Below are positions 53,117 through 61,656 of a stretch of DNA of 64,000 nucleotides, in pieces (position 1 is the stretch's first letter; each line of letters begins with the position of its first letter). The notes beneath the pieces are model-generated. The model had not been told where the DNA came from. It was given only the letters and a program-made list of their open reading frames with translations, and searched no databases. The DNA comes from Polyangia bacterium (GTDB taxonomy: Bacteria; Myxococcota_A; Polyangia; Palsa-1104; JAEUJZ01). A program made the translations under genes and the position numbers. The stretch spans positions 1,304,022-1,368,021 of the forward strand of contig JAXLYE010000002.1 in the NCBI GenBank assembly GCA_046351595.1, in the 5' to 3' direction.

Positions 53117-54928
53117 ATGAGCAGTAGTCCGCCCCACCCACAGATCATGCCGCTCACCCTCCTCCTCGTTGCCGATGACCCGAAGCTCGCCGGTCCGCTG
53201 ACGGGCGCGCTCACCGCCCAGGGCTACACCGTGGTGCGCGCCGCGTCGGCCGAGGCCGCGGTGCACGAGCTGCGCGCGGCCTGCTTCTCGCTGATCGTGG
53301 TCGACGCGCAGCTGAGCGGCGCCAGCGAAGCGCAGCATCGAAGCGGTGAAGCGCAGCATCGAAGCGGTGAAGCGCAGCATCGAAGCGGTGAAGCGCAGCA
53401 CCGCAGCGGTGAAGCGCAGCACCGCAGCGTCGAGGCGCGGGTGGGGATGGACACACCCCGGCGCGGGGCCGACGTCCGGCTGCGCGCGGCCGAGGTGCAG
53501 CTCCGTGGGGTCGATGCGCAGCTGCGCGGGCAGCCGGGGCTGGGGCTTTTGCAGCTGGTGCGGCCGCTGTGCCCCGCGACCGCGTGCGTGCTGCTGCTCT
53601 CGACGGCGCGACCGCCGGCGGCGGCGCGGGCGCTGCGTGACAGCGGCATCGAGTGCATCGCCTGCACCGGGCGCGGCGCGCAGCGCCAGGAGCTGCTCGC
53701 GCTGTGCCAGCAGCTGGCCGCGGACCTGCCGCTGTACCTGCCGAGCCGGCTCCTCCTATCGCCGCGGCCGCCGGTGCGCTTCGGCGGGCTTGTGGCCTGC
53801 AGCGATCGCATGCTGGGCACGATGGAGCAGGCGCGGCGCGCGGCGGCGCTCGACTGCGGCGTCTTCCTCGTCGGGGAGAAGGGCAGCGGCAAGCGGCTGC
53901 TCGGGCAGGCGCTGCACGGCCGCTCGCGGCGGGCCGGTGCGCCCTTTGTGACCTTATCGACCGAACAGTCCGCGCTGCTGCTGCTCGGCGAGGGCCGGTC
54001 CGAGCGCGGCGCGGGCCTGGAGCGTGCGGCCCTGCTTTCGCGGGTGCGCGGCGGCACCGCCTATGTGCGCACGGTCGAGGCGATCGGCGCGGCGGCGCAG
54101 GCCCGCCTGCTCGCCTGCCTCGAGGGCGAGCCGCTGCGCGGCGACGACGGCGCCCCCGTGGATCTGCGGCTGCTCGTCGGCACCACGGTCGAGCCCGAGG
54201 AGCTTTTCATGAGCGGGCTCCTGCGGCCCGAGCTCTACGACCACCTGGCCGGCTGCATGCTGCATGTGCCGCCGCTGCGCGAGCGGGAGCGCGACATCCT
54301 GCTGCTCGCGGCCGAGCAGCTGCGCGAGCTCGACGAGGCGGCTGGTGGCTCCGCGGACGGCGAGCGCGACGACCACGGCGACGAGCCGCGCCTATCGGTG
54401 GCGGCGCAGCGGCTGCTCGCGCTGTACGCCTGGCCAGGCAACGTGCGCGAGCTGCGGGCCGCGGTGCTGCACGCCTCGCAGCAGGCGGGCCGCGGCGACA
54501 TCCTGCCGGTGCACCTGCCGGGCCGTCTGCGCGAGCAGCTCCTGCAGGCGCGCTTCTTCTACATCCCGGTCAGCAGCACGCTGGCCTCGGCCGAGCGCGC
54601 CGTGGTCCTGGGGCAGCTCGCGCTCAACGACGGCAACCGCGCCACGACCGCCGAGGTGCTGGGCATCAGCCGGCGCTCGCTCTACAGCAAGCTGGCCGAG
54701 TACCAGCGCCAGGCCAGCGACAGCGCCGCCGAGGATCGGCCGTCGTGGTCGAGCTACGGCGAGGCGCCGCCCGTCCACCCGGCGCTGCTGGCGCTGCACA
54801 CCGGCGACCCGCGGCTCGACCGCTACCTGGCGCCGGCGGAGACGCTGCTCGACGAGCTGCTCGGCGACGAGGGATCCGACGAGGGCCCGCCGCGGCGCTC
54901 GTCGGCCCGCTCCGCCTCGGCGGCCTGA
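53117..54928 (+). CDS. NtrC-family-like regulator (REC + AAA+ + HTH) with a repeat insertion in the receiver and no recognisable GAFTGA motif
   Basis: The REC domain has LLLVADD and LIVVDAQL. The AAA+ domain has Walker A GEKGSGKR, GGTAYV and WPGNVRELRAAV. The C-terminus has a Fis-type HTH (TTAEVLGISRRSLYSKL). Start alternatives are 52943 or 53147. Confidence 0.75.
   Translation: MSSSPPHPQIMPLTLLLVADDPKLAGPLTGALTAQGYTVVRAASAEAAVHELRAACFSLIVVDAQLSGASEAQHRSGEAQHRSGEAQHRSGEAQHRSGEAQHRSVEARVGMDTPRRGADVRLRAAEVQLRGVDAQLRGQPGLGLLQLVRPLCPATACVLLLSTARPPAAARALRDSGIECIACTGRGAQRQELLALCQQLAADLPLYLPSRLLLSPRPPVRFGGLVACSDRMLGTMEQARRAAALDCGVFLVGEKGSGKRLLGQALHGRSRRAGAPFVTLSTEQSALLLLGEGRSERGAGLERAALLSRVRGGTAYVRTVEAIGAAAQARLLACLEGEPLRGDDGAPVDLRLLVGTTVEPEELFMSGLLRPELYDHLAGCMLHVPPLRERERDILLLAAEQLRELDEAAGGSADGERDDHGDEPRLSVAAQRLLALYAWPGNVRELRAAVLHASQQAGRGDILPVHLPGRLREQLLQARFFYIPVSSTLASAERAVVLGQLALNDGNRATTAEVLGISRRSLYSKLAEYQRQASDSAAEDRPSWSSYGEAPPVHPALLALHTGDPRLDRYLAPAETLLDELLGDEGSDEGPPRRSSARSASAA
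53326..53430. repeat. In-frame 21-bp tandem repeat x5 in two sequence variants, encoding (SGEAQHR)5 immediately after the receiver phospho-Asp strand
   Basis: Direct reading. Three copies of gaagcgcagcatcgaagcggt are followed by two copies of gaagcgcagcaccgcagcg(gt/tc). Confidence 0.9.
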
Positions 54929-55168
54929 GCGCCCGCGACCGCAGCCGCCGCGGCCCCCGACCGTGTGCGATCGGCAGCACGCGCCATGTGCACCGCGGCC
55001 CGCGCTTCCGGCTCGGCGCCGCGCAGGCGAAAGCAGCCCGGGGCGGACGGCGCTGCAGCGCGCCGCGCGAGACAACCACAGCACCGAGCGCTGCGCACCC
55101 TGTAGACCGTTCGGTCCACAGCAGATGCGCAGAGAGTCTACAGAGAGAGAAAGGTCGGAGAGGCGGGG

Positions 55169-55936
55169 CTAGTTGGCGTAGCAGCGCAGCAGGATGACGG
55201 TGATGTTGTCGACGCCGCCGTTCTTGTTGGCCTGGTCGACGAGATCGGTCACCGCCTTCTCGAGATCCTCACCCGCGTTGTTGGTGATCTCGAGGATGCG
55301 CTGATCATCGATCATGCCGGTGAGGCCGTCGCAGCACAGCATGATGATGTCTTTGTCCTGGAGGGCATCGTGGCGGATGTCGACCTGGACGGTTTCTCGC
55401 ATGCCGAGCGCGCGGGTGATGACGTTCTTGTGCGGGAAGTTGCGCTGCTCTTCCTCGGTCATGTCGGGCTTGGCTTCCTTGTAGTCCTCAAGGAGGCTGT
55501 GATCCCGAGTCATCTGCTTGATCTCGTTGCCGCGCATGCGATACGCACGCGAGTCACCGACGTGACCGAAGTAGATCTTCTCGCCGTTGACCAGGCAGGT
55601 CACGATCGTCGTACCCATCCCCTTGCACATGGGATCTTTGGTCGCCGATTCGTGGACCTTCCAGTTCGACAGCTTGATGCCGCAGACCAGCCGGTTCTCG
55701 ACGTACGAGAGCTGGCGGTCCATCTTGTACGGCCACGTCGCGTCCTCATCGCGTGTGCGGACGAAAAACTCTTTCAGCGTCTCCGCCGCGAGCTTGGACG
55801 CGACCTCGCCCTTGGCGTGGCCACCCATCCCGTCCGCAACGATGAAGAGCCGCTCCTCCTCCATTGGGAGAAAGTAGTCCTCGTTCTGTTGCCGTTTCAT
55901 CCCCGGGTCGGTCTTGGCAGCGTAGCGGATCTTCAT
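55169..55936 (-). CDS. PP2C-family Ser/Thr protein phosphatase
   Basis: [24 protein letters not shown] and LCCDGLTG...[10 protein letters not shown] are present. Gene GC is about 60%, clearly below the local mean. Confidence 0.9.
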   Translation of the reverse strand: MKIRYAAKTDPGMKRQQNEDYFLPMEEERLFIVADGMGGHAKGEVASKLAAETLKEFFVRTRDEDATWPYKMDRQLSYVENRLVCGIKLSNWKVHESATKDPMCKGMGTTIVTCLVNGEKIYFGHVGDSRAYRMRGNEIKQMTRDHSLLEDYKEAKPDMTEEEQRNFPHKNVITRALGMRETVQVDIRHDALQDKDIIMLCCDGLTGMIDDQRILEITNNAGEDLEKAVTDLVDQANKNGGVDNITVILLRCYAN

Positions 55937-55951
55937 GGGTAATGCGCTCAG

Positions 55952-55983
55952 AGTCCTTTATGACCGCGCAGAGTAGGACTCTA
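55952..55983. promoter_or_regulatory. Hairpin (AGAGTCCT-N16-AGGACTCT) in the PP2C 5' leader; the 3' arm overlaps the AAAGGA Shine-Dalgarno
   Basis: Seen directly. Confidence 0.35.
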
Positions 55984-56219
55984 TCAGTCCCGGGGTTAAA
56001 GTCAACGGGGCCTTTTGTCCCCATCGGTAGCAGCGACACCGTCGACAAAATCAGCGACAGCGCACCGAAAAATGGGTGCCGGCGGGCGCGGCGCGCGGCG
56101 GCAGGTGGTGGCCGGCAAGGGCCAGAAACAGGCTCGGCCGCCCGCCGCGAGCTCTGCGAGCGATTGGGTATGAGCCCGGCTTGCTTCGGCGGCGCGGGCA
56201 GCCGTAGCATCGCGCGACC

Positions 56220-57725
56220 ATGAGCGAGACGTCGAAACCCGGACCAGGCGACGGCGCGGGGGCGCCGATTCAGGCGGCGCGGGCCGTCCCGAGCGAGACC
56301 GCGCGGGCGGCGCGGCTGCGCGGCGAGATCGTCACCATCGGCGATGAGCTGAACCGCGGCGAGATCATCGACAGCAACGCGGCGTGGCTCGGCGAGCAGC
56401 TGACCGAGCTCGGCATCCACGTCCGCTACCGGCAGGGCGTAAACGACCAGCCCGATGACATCGCGGCGGCGCTGCGGCTGGCGGCGGCGCGCTCGGACGT
56501 GGTGCTGGTCTCGGGCGGGCTCGGGCCGACCTCGGATGACCTGACGGTCGACGTCGCGGCGCAGCTGTGCGGCGTCGAGCCGGTCGTCGATCCCGAGCAC
56601 GAGCAGCGCATGCGCGACCGCTTCACCGAGCGCAAGCTGCCCTTCAGCCCGAACAACCTGCGGCAGGTGCGCGTGCCCCAAGGGGCCACGGTGCTGCCCA
56701 ATCATCACGGTCTGGCCCCGGGATTCCTGATCGGTGCGGGCCTGATCGGTGCGGGCCTGACCGGTGCGGGCCTGACCGGTGCGGGCCTGACCGGTGCGGG
56801 CCTGACCGGTGCCGACTTGCTCGGTGCGGCCGGCCCGATCGGCGCAGGCCGCGGGCCCGGGGCCGCGCGCCTGTTCTTCATGCCGGGCGTGCCGCGCGAG
56901 CAGCGCCCGATGTTCCTGGCCGAGATCGCGCCGCGCCTGCGCGCGCAGGGCGGCCAGCACGTCGCCTCGCGCCGCCGCGTCTACCGCGTGATCGGGCTGG
57001 GGGAGTCGCAGGTCGATCACCGGCTCCAGGGCCTGGCCGAGCTCGTGCCCGCCGGCGCGGGCGGCGTCACCGTCCACTACCGCCTCGCCTTCCCCGAGGT
57101 GCTGGTGACGCTCGTCGCCGAGGGGACCGCGGGCGGCGACGGAGATTCGGCGCAGGCGGTGCTCGATCGGCTGCACCCCGAGGTGCTGCGGCGCCTCGGC
57201 CGCGCGGTCTACAGCGAGACGGCCGATGAGCTGCAGGTGGTGCTCGGCCGCGAGCTGCACCAGCGCGGCGCCACGCTGGTCACCGCCGAGTCCTGCACCG
57301 GCGGCCTGATCGGTCAGATCCTGACCTCGACGCGCGGCTCGTCGGCGTACTACCAGGGCGGCGTGATCGCCTATGCCAACGAGGTGAAGGTCGCGCTGCT
57401 CGGCGTCCGGCCCGAGACGATCGCGGCCCACGGCGCGGTCAGCGAGGCCTGCGTGCGCGAGATGGCCGAGGGCGCGCGGCGGCGGCTTTCGGCGACCTAC
57501 GCGATCTCGGTCTCGGGCATCGCCGGGCCCGACGGCGGCACGCCCGACAAGCCGGTCGGCACGGTCCACCTCGCGGCGGCGGGCCCCGACGAGACGCTGC
57601 ACCACAAGCTGCTGTGGCCGGGCGACCGCGAGCAGATCCGCCGCATCGCCGCGGTTGCGGCGCTGAACCTCCTTCACAAGCTGCTCAACCCCGAGCGCCG
57701 CGCCGACACCGGGCTGCGCATCTGA
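56220..57725 (+). CDS. cinA: CinA-family protein (MoCF-binding domain + nicotinamide-nucleotide amidohydrolase PncC domain) with an inserted (GAGLT)n repeat
   Basis: The N-domain has IVTIGDELNRGEIIDSNAAWL...VLVSGGLGPTSDDLT. The C-domain has LVTAESCTGGLIGQILTS...YQGGVIAYANEVK. Confidence 0.85.
   Translation: MSETSKPGPGDGAGAPIQAARAVPSETARAARLRGEIVTIGDELNRGEIIDSNAAWLGEQLTELGIHVRYRQGVNDQPDDIAAALRLAAARSDVVLVSGGLGPTSDDLTVDVAAQLCGVEPVVDPEHEQRMRDRFTERKLPFSPNNLRQVRVPQGATVLPNHHGLAPGFLIGAGLIGAGLTGAGLTGAGLTGAGLTGADLLGAAGPIGAGRGPGAARLFFMPGVPREQRPMFLAEIAPRLRAQGGQHVASRRRVYRVIGLGESQVDHRLQGLAELVPAGAGGVTVHYRLAFPEVLVTLVAEGTAGGDGDSAQAVLDRLHPEVLRRLGRAVYSETADELQVVLGRELHQRGATLVTAESCTGGLIGQILTSTRGSSAYYQGGVIAYANEVKVALLGVRPETIAAHGAVSEACVREMAEGARRRLSATYAISVSGIAGPDGGTPDKPVGTVHLAAAGPDETLHHKLLWPGDREQIRRIAAVAALNLLHKLLNPERRADTGLRI
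56734..56823. repeat. In-frame 15-bp tandem repeat x5 plus degenerate copies (ggtgcgggcctgacc) encoding GAGL(I/T) repeats in the CinA inter-domain loop
   Basis: Direct reading. Confidence 0.9.
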
Positions 57726-57753
57726 CTGCGGCGCGCGGACGCCCACGCGGGGT

Positions 57754-57795
57754 TCGCCGGAGCAGTGACGACGGAGCAGTGACGACGGAACAGCG
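57754..57795. repeat. 14-bp tandem repeat x3 (ggagcagtgacgac) in the cinA-downstream intergenic region
   Basis: Direct reading. Confidence 0.8.
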
Positions 57796-57899
57796 ACGAC
57801 CGATCAGCGGGCCGGCGGTCGCGCCGCGCCGCCCGCACCGGCCGCGGCCGACGGGTCTGCAGCTGAGACGTTCTGCTCCAGCGTGGTAGACTTCACCCC

Positions 57900-58556
57900 G
57901 TGAAGCCCAACGAGTTCGAGCAGGCGGTGCTTGACCTGGCGATGACGACGAGCGTGCCGCTCACGCGCGCGAACATCCTGTTCTACAGCGGCGCGGGCGC
58001 CCGTCAGGCCGACAAGTGGCTCGACGACATGCTGCGCAGCGGCCTGCTCGAGTTCGACAGCGACGACAGCGGCGAGATCATCTACACCGTCTGCGGCGCC
58101 AAGCGACCGCCGGCCGGGCCGACGCAGCTCACCCGCTGCAGCGCCTGCCGTCGCGCCACCGGCGTCGGCGTGCGCTGCGGGCGCTGCGGCCAGCTCCTCG
58201 ACCCGCAGCTGCGCTCGATCCGGCAGGACATCGAGCGCGCCGGCACCGCGCTCGATCTGGTGCGCGGCAAGGGCGGCAGCCTGCTGCCGCAGCGCGAGGG
58301 CGACAAGAACCTGCTGGTGGCCGGCGCGCTCGGCCTGCTCGGGCCCTTCGGCTGGTTCTACGCGGCGCCGCTGCAGGAGGCGGCCGCGGCCTCGGCGGGG
58401 TTCCTGCTGGCCTACTGGCTGCTGCCGACGATCCTCTTGGTGCCGCTGGTGTCGCTGCTGCTGCCGGTGTCGGCGGTGATCGGCGCGCTGTACGCCTACA
58501 AGCACAACCGCGTCGGCGGCCGCTCCGGCCTGTTCACCGAAGACCGGGGGAGCTGA
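57900..58556 (+). CDS. Membrane protein with an N-terminal helical (wHTH-like) module, a C4 zinc ribbon and two C-terminal TM helices
   Basis: CSACRRATGVGVRCGRCG (CxxC-N11-CxxC) is followed by two hydrophobic helices. The start codon is uncertain: GTG at 57900 or ATG at 57942. Its stop abuts the GTG of the next gene. Confidence 0.55.
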   Translation: MKPNEFEQAVLDLAMTTSVPLTRANILFYSGAGARQADKWLDDMLRSGLLEFDSDDSGEIIYTVCGAKRPPAGPTQLTRCSACRRATGVGVRCGRCGQLLDPQLRSIRQDIERAGTALDLVRGKGGSLLPQREGDKNLLVAGALGLLGPFGWFYAAPLQEAAAASAGFLLAYWLLPTILLVPLVSLLLPVSAVIGALYAYKHNRVGGRSGLFTEDRGS

Positions 58557-59576
58557 GTGGAGCAGGCGCTCGCCAGCGGGGTCGTGCTGTCGTCGGGGCT
58601 CGGGGTGCGGCCGCTGGCCGGTGCGGCGCTCGAGCGTGAGGCGGCGGCGGCGCTGCTCACCGCGGCCCTGCCGCACGACCGCATCGACGTCGTCCTCGAC
58701 GAGAAGCTGTTCGGCGGCAACGGCCGGCGGCCGAGCCAGACCCTGGGCGCCTTCTCGGGTGGCGGCGAGCTGCTCGGCGTCCTGGCCCAGGCCGGGCGCT
58801 TCATCAAGCTCCTGGCGGTGCTGCCCTCGGCGCAGCGGCGCGGCGTCGGCACGGCGCTGCTGCGAGCGGCGCGCGCGTTTGTCGCGGCTCCCGAGGCCGG
58901 CGACGGCGGCCGACCGCGACTGCGCATCGGCGATTGCGCCGGCAACTACCTCTCGCCCGGCGTCGACGAGCGCTACGCCGCGGCACGGGACTTCTTCACG
59001 GCGCGCGGCTTCGTCGAGGTCGGCCGCAACCTCAACCTGCGCGCCGCGCTCGCCGACCACCCGCTCGTCACCGCCGAGCGCGCCGAGGCCCTCGAGCACC
59101 GCGCCCGCGACGCCGGGTACCGCCTGCTCCGCGCCGGCGCCGCCGAGGCCCCGGCGCTGCTCGAGCTCGTCGAGCGCGAGTTCTCGTGGTGGTGGGCCTA
59201 CGAGCTCCGCCGCGCCCTCGGCCCGACGCTGCCGCTCGGTGGCCGGTGGGACGAGGGCGAGCCGACCGCGCACACACCCGAGCTGCCCGAGGGCTCGGGC
59301 GTGCACGTCGCGCTCGATGCCGCGGGCGCGCCCGTCGCCTTCGCGGCGCACGACGGCAACAACCGCGGCCTCGGCTGGTTCGGCCCCATGGGCACGCTGC
59401 CCGCGCACCGCGGTCACGGGCTCGGCGAGGCGCTGCTGCTGCGCTGCCTGCTCGACGTGCGCGACCGCGCTGATGGCGGCGTCATCGCCTGGGTCGGTCC
59501 CGAGGCCTTCTACGCGCGCGCTGCTGGCACGGTGCCGGACCGCCGCTTCACCGTCTACGAGGAGGCCGCAAGCTAG
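58557..59576 (+). CDS. Tandem-GNAT N-acetyltransferase
   Basis: Two acetyl-CoA-binding motifs are present (LLAVLPSAQRRGVGTALL and FGPMGTLPAHRGHGLGEALL). Its GTG start immediately follows the upstream stop. Confidence 0.75.
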   Translation: MEQALASGVVLSSGLGVRPLAGAALEREAAAALLTAALPHDRIDVVLDEKLFGGNGRRPSQTLGAFSGGGELLGVLAQAGRFIKLLAVLPSAQRRGVGTALLRAARAFVAAPEAGDGGRPRLRIGDCAGNYLSPGVDERYAAARDFFTARGFVEVGRNLNLRAALADHPLVTAERAEALEHRARDAGYRLLRAGAAEAPALLELVEREFSWWWAYELRRALGPTLPLGGRWDEGEPTAHTPELPEGSGVHVALDAAGAPVAFAAHDGNNRGLGWFGPMGTLPAHRGHGLGEALLLRCLLDVRDRADGGVIAWVGPEAFYARAAGTVPDRRFTVYEEAAS

Positions 59577-60620
59577 ATGCTGCAGGGGATGTTCGGCACG
59601 CCGCTGCGCGGCATGGTGCTGTGCGCCGGGATGGGCACCCGTCTCGGCACGCTTTCCGACGAGCTGCCCAAGCCGCTCTTGCCGGTCTGCAACCACCCGC
59701 TGGTGACCTACGCGCTCGCGCTCCTGCGCGGCCACGGCGTCACCGAGATCGGCATCAACCTGCACCACCTCGGTGAGCTCATCACCGAGGCGCTGGGCGA
59801 CGGCCAGGACTACGGCGTCGAGATCCAGTACTCGACCGAGCCGACGCTGCTCGGCACCGGCGGCGGCCTGCGCAAGCTCTACGACTTCCTGACCCACGAG
59901 GGGCGCGAGCCGTGCGTGGTCGTCAACGGCAAGCTCCTCGTCGAGGTCGACCTGGAGTCGGTGCTGGCCCTGCACCGTGTCACCGGCGCCGTCGCCACCA
60001 TGGTGCTGCGCGCGACGCCGGACGCCGAGGCCTGGGGCGCGGTCGAGGTCGACGCCGACGGCCGCGTCCACAGCATCCTCGGGCAGCGGGCCCCGATCGG
60101 CACGCCGCGCGGCGGCCTCACCCGCTGCATGTTCACCGGCGTCCACATCGTCGAGCCGCAGCTGCTCCTGCGCCTGCCCGAGGACCAGGAGTCGTGCGTC
60201 GTGCGCCAGGGCTACATCCCGGCGCTGCGCGAGGGCGAGGTGATCAGCGCCTACGTCCTGTCGGGCTACTTCCACGAGCACAGCACCCTCGAGCGCTACC
60301 TGCAGGGCAACCTGAACGCGCTGCGCGGCCACGCCCAGCTCAGCCACCTGCCTGGTCCGCTCGTCGGCATCAGCGCGCGCGCCCAGATCTCGCCGCGCGC
60401 GATCGTCCACGCGCCGGTGTGCATCGGCGCCGGGGTCGTGGTCCAGGACGGCGCCACCGTCGGCCCCGACGTCGTGCTCGGCGAGGGCGCGCGGGTCGAG
60501 CGCGGCGCCCGCATCAGCCGCTCGGTGGTCTTCGCCGGCGCCCAGGTGCGCGGCACCGTGCACAGCTCGATCGTGACGCGCAACGCCACGTATCCCATCA
60601 CGCTTCCCGGCGAGCCTTAG
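59577..60620 (+). CDS. Sugar-phosphate nucleotidyltransferase with a C-terminal left-handed beta-helix (mannose-1-phosphate guanylyltransferase-like NDP-sugar pyrophosphorylase)
   Basis: The G-rich NTP_transferase loop is LCAGMGTRLGTLSDELPKPLLPV. C-terminal hexapeptide repeats are present. Its ATG follows the GNAT stop by one nucleotide. Confidence 0.8.
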   Translation: MLQGMFGTPLRGMVLCAGMGTRLGTLSDELPKPLLPVCNHPLVTYALALLRGHGVTEIGINLHHLGELITEALGDGQDYGVEIQYSTEPTLLGTGGGLRKLYDFLTHEGREPCVVVNGKLLVEVDLESVLALHRVTGAVATMVLRATPDAEAWGAVEVDADGRVHSILGQRAPIGTPRGGLTRCMFTGVHIVEPQLLLRLPEDQESCVVRQGYIPALREGEVISAYVLSGYFHEHSTLERYLQGNLNALRGHAQLSHLPGPLVGISARAQISPRAIVHAPVCIGAGVVVQDGATVGPDVVLGEGARVERGARISRSVVFAGAQVRGTVHSSIVTRNATYPITLPGEP

Positions 60621-60644
60621 TCATAAGCTTGTGTTCATGATTGA

Positions 60645-60656
60645 ATATCAACATAA
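60645..60656. promoter_or_regulatory. AT-rich motif ATATCAACATAA (upstream copy) flanking the 60678-61190 gene
   Basis: It is a direct repeat of the motif at 61208-61219 with 11 of 12 positions identical. Both lie in AT islands in a 72% GC genome. Confidence 0.4.
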
Positions 60657-60677
60657 ACAGCGTCCAGCTGCCCAAGG

Positions 60678-61190
60678 GTGCTCATGAGCGAAAAGCTACA
60701 AGACCGCGCGCTGCAGCGACCGCAGCCGGCCTCCGCCTCGCCCGAAACCGCGACCCAGACCTCGCTCGAGGCTTCGCCCCAGACGGCGCTCACCGTCGAC
60801 CAGCGGACCGAGGCCGAGCTGGCCAAGATCGACGAGGAGATGGACCGCATCATGGCGCGGCCGGGGCAGCAGCAGGCGCTGATGAACCCGCCCGGCCAGG
60901 CGCTACAGCCGGCCGCCGGGCGCAGCCTGACACCGTCGGTGTCGGCGCCGGCCGACGCGGGCGGGCTGCAGCAGATGGTGATGAACTTCATCGTCCCGGG
61001 CGGCGGCTCGCTGATGCGCGGCGCGATCGGCACCGGCGCGCTGCAGCTCGGCATGGCGCTGGCTTCGGTGCCCGTGCTCTTCTTCGTCGCCTGGTGGCTG
61101 GGCGTGCTGATGTTCGTCACCGCCTGGGTGTGGTCGGCGTACAGCGGCGTCAGGTACTTCAATAACTCGACCACGAAGTCCTGGCGCTAA
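60678..61190 (+). CDS. Hypothetical Pro/Gln/Ala-rich protein with a C-terminal TM segment (tail-anchor-like)
   Basis: The codon bias is coherent. A C-terminal hydrophobic helix VPVLFFVAWWLGVLMFVTAWVW is present. No family was recognised. Confidence 0.5.
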   Translation: MLMSEKLQDRALQRPQPASASPETATQTSLEASPQTALTVDQRTEAELAKIDEEMDRIMARPGQQQALMNPPGQALQPAAGRSLTPSVSAPADAGGLQQMVMNFIVPGGGSLMRGAIGTGALQLGMALASVPVLFFVAWWLGVLMFVTAWVWSAYSGVRYFNNSTTKSWR

Positions 61191-61207
61191 CTATTCGCTT
61201 ATATTAT

Positions 61208-61219
61208 ATATCAATATAA
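61208..61219. promoter_or_regulatory. AT-rich motif ATATCAATATAA (downstream copy) within the imperfect palindrome cttatattatatatcaatataag
   Basis: Direct reading. It sits between the hypothetical gene and the ferredoxin gene. Confidence 0.4.
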
Positions 61220-61268
61220 GCTCGCTCTCCCGCCGCCCCGCATTCCAACACAAAACCCGAGGACTGCC

Positions 61269-61652
61269 ATGATCCCGTACGAGAAGCACGTGCTGATCTG
61301 CACCAACCGCCGTGATCCGAACAACCCCAAGGGCTCCTGCGCGCACAGCGGCTCCGAGGCCCTCTGCGAGGTGTTCAAGAAGGAGCTGCACAGCCGCGGG
61401 CTCAAGGGGCGGATGCGGGCGAACGCCTCGGGCTGCCTCGACCAGTGCGCGCACGGCCCGACGGTGGTGGTCTACCCCGATGCGGTCTGGTACCAGGTCA
61501 AGACCGCCGAGGATGCGCGCGAGATCGTCGAGCAGCACCTGTGCGGAGGCCAGCCCGTCGAGCGGCTGCGCATCGACCAGAAGGACGGCGGCACGGACGG
61601 CGCCAACGACAGCGGCGGCAAGGACAAGGCCGGCGACAAGCCGTCGGTCTGA
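61269..61652 (+). CDS. Thioredoxin-like [2Fe-2S] ferredoxin
   Basis: The Cys pattern is C12-C24...C56-x3-C60 (ICTNRRD...GSCAHSG...GCLDQCAHGP). Confidence 0.75.
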   Translation: MIPYEKHVLICTNRRDPNNPKGSCAHSGSEALCEVFKKELHSRGLKGRMRANASGCLDQCAHGPTVVVYPDAVWYQVKTAEDAREIVEQHLCGGQPVERLRIDQKDGGTDGANDSGGKDKAGDKPSV

Positions 61653-61656
61653 GCCT

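Noticed and set aside
53113-53126. Inverted repeat TGCTCA-aa-TGAGCA overlapping the NtrC-like start codon
   Set aside because: Six-bp arms are expected many times by chance in 64 kb, so it is not distinguishable from background without conservation data.
55169-55936. PP2C gene as a recent horizontal acquisition because of low GC
   Set aside because: Third codon positions remain strongly G/C-biased like the host. The GC drop is explained by amino-acid composition.
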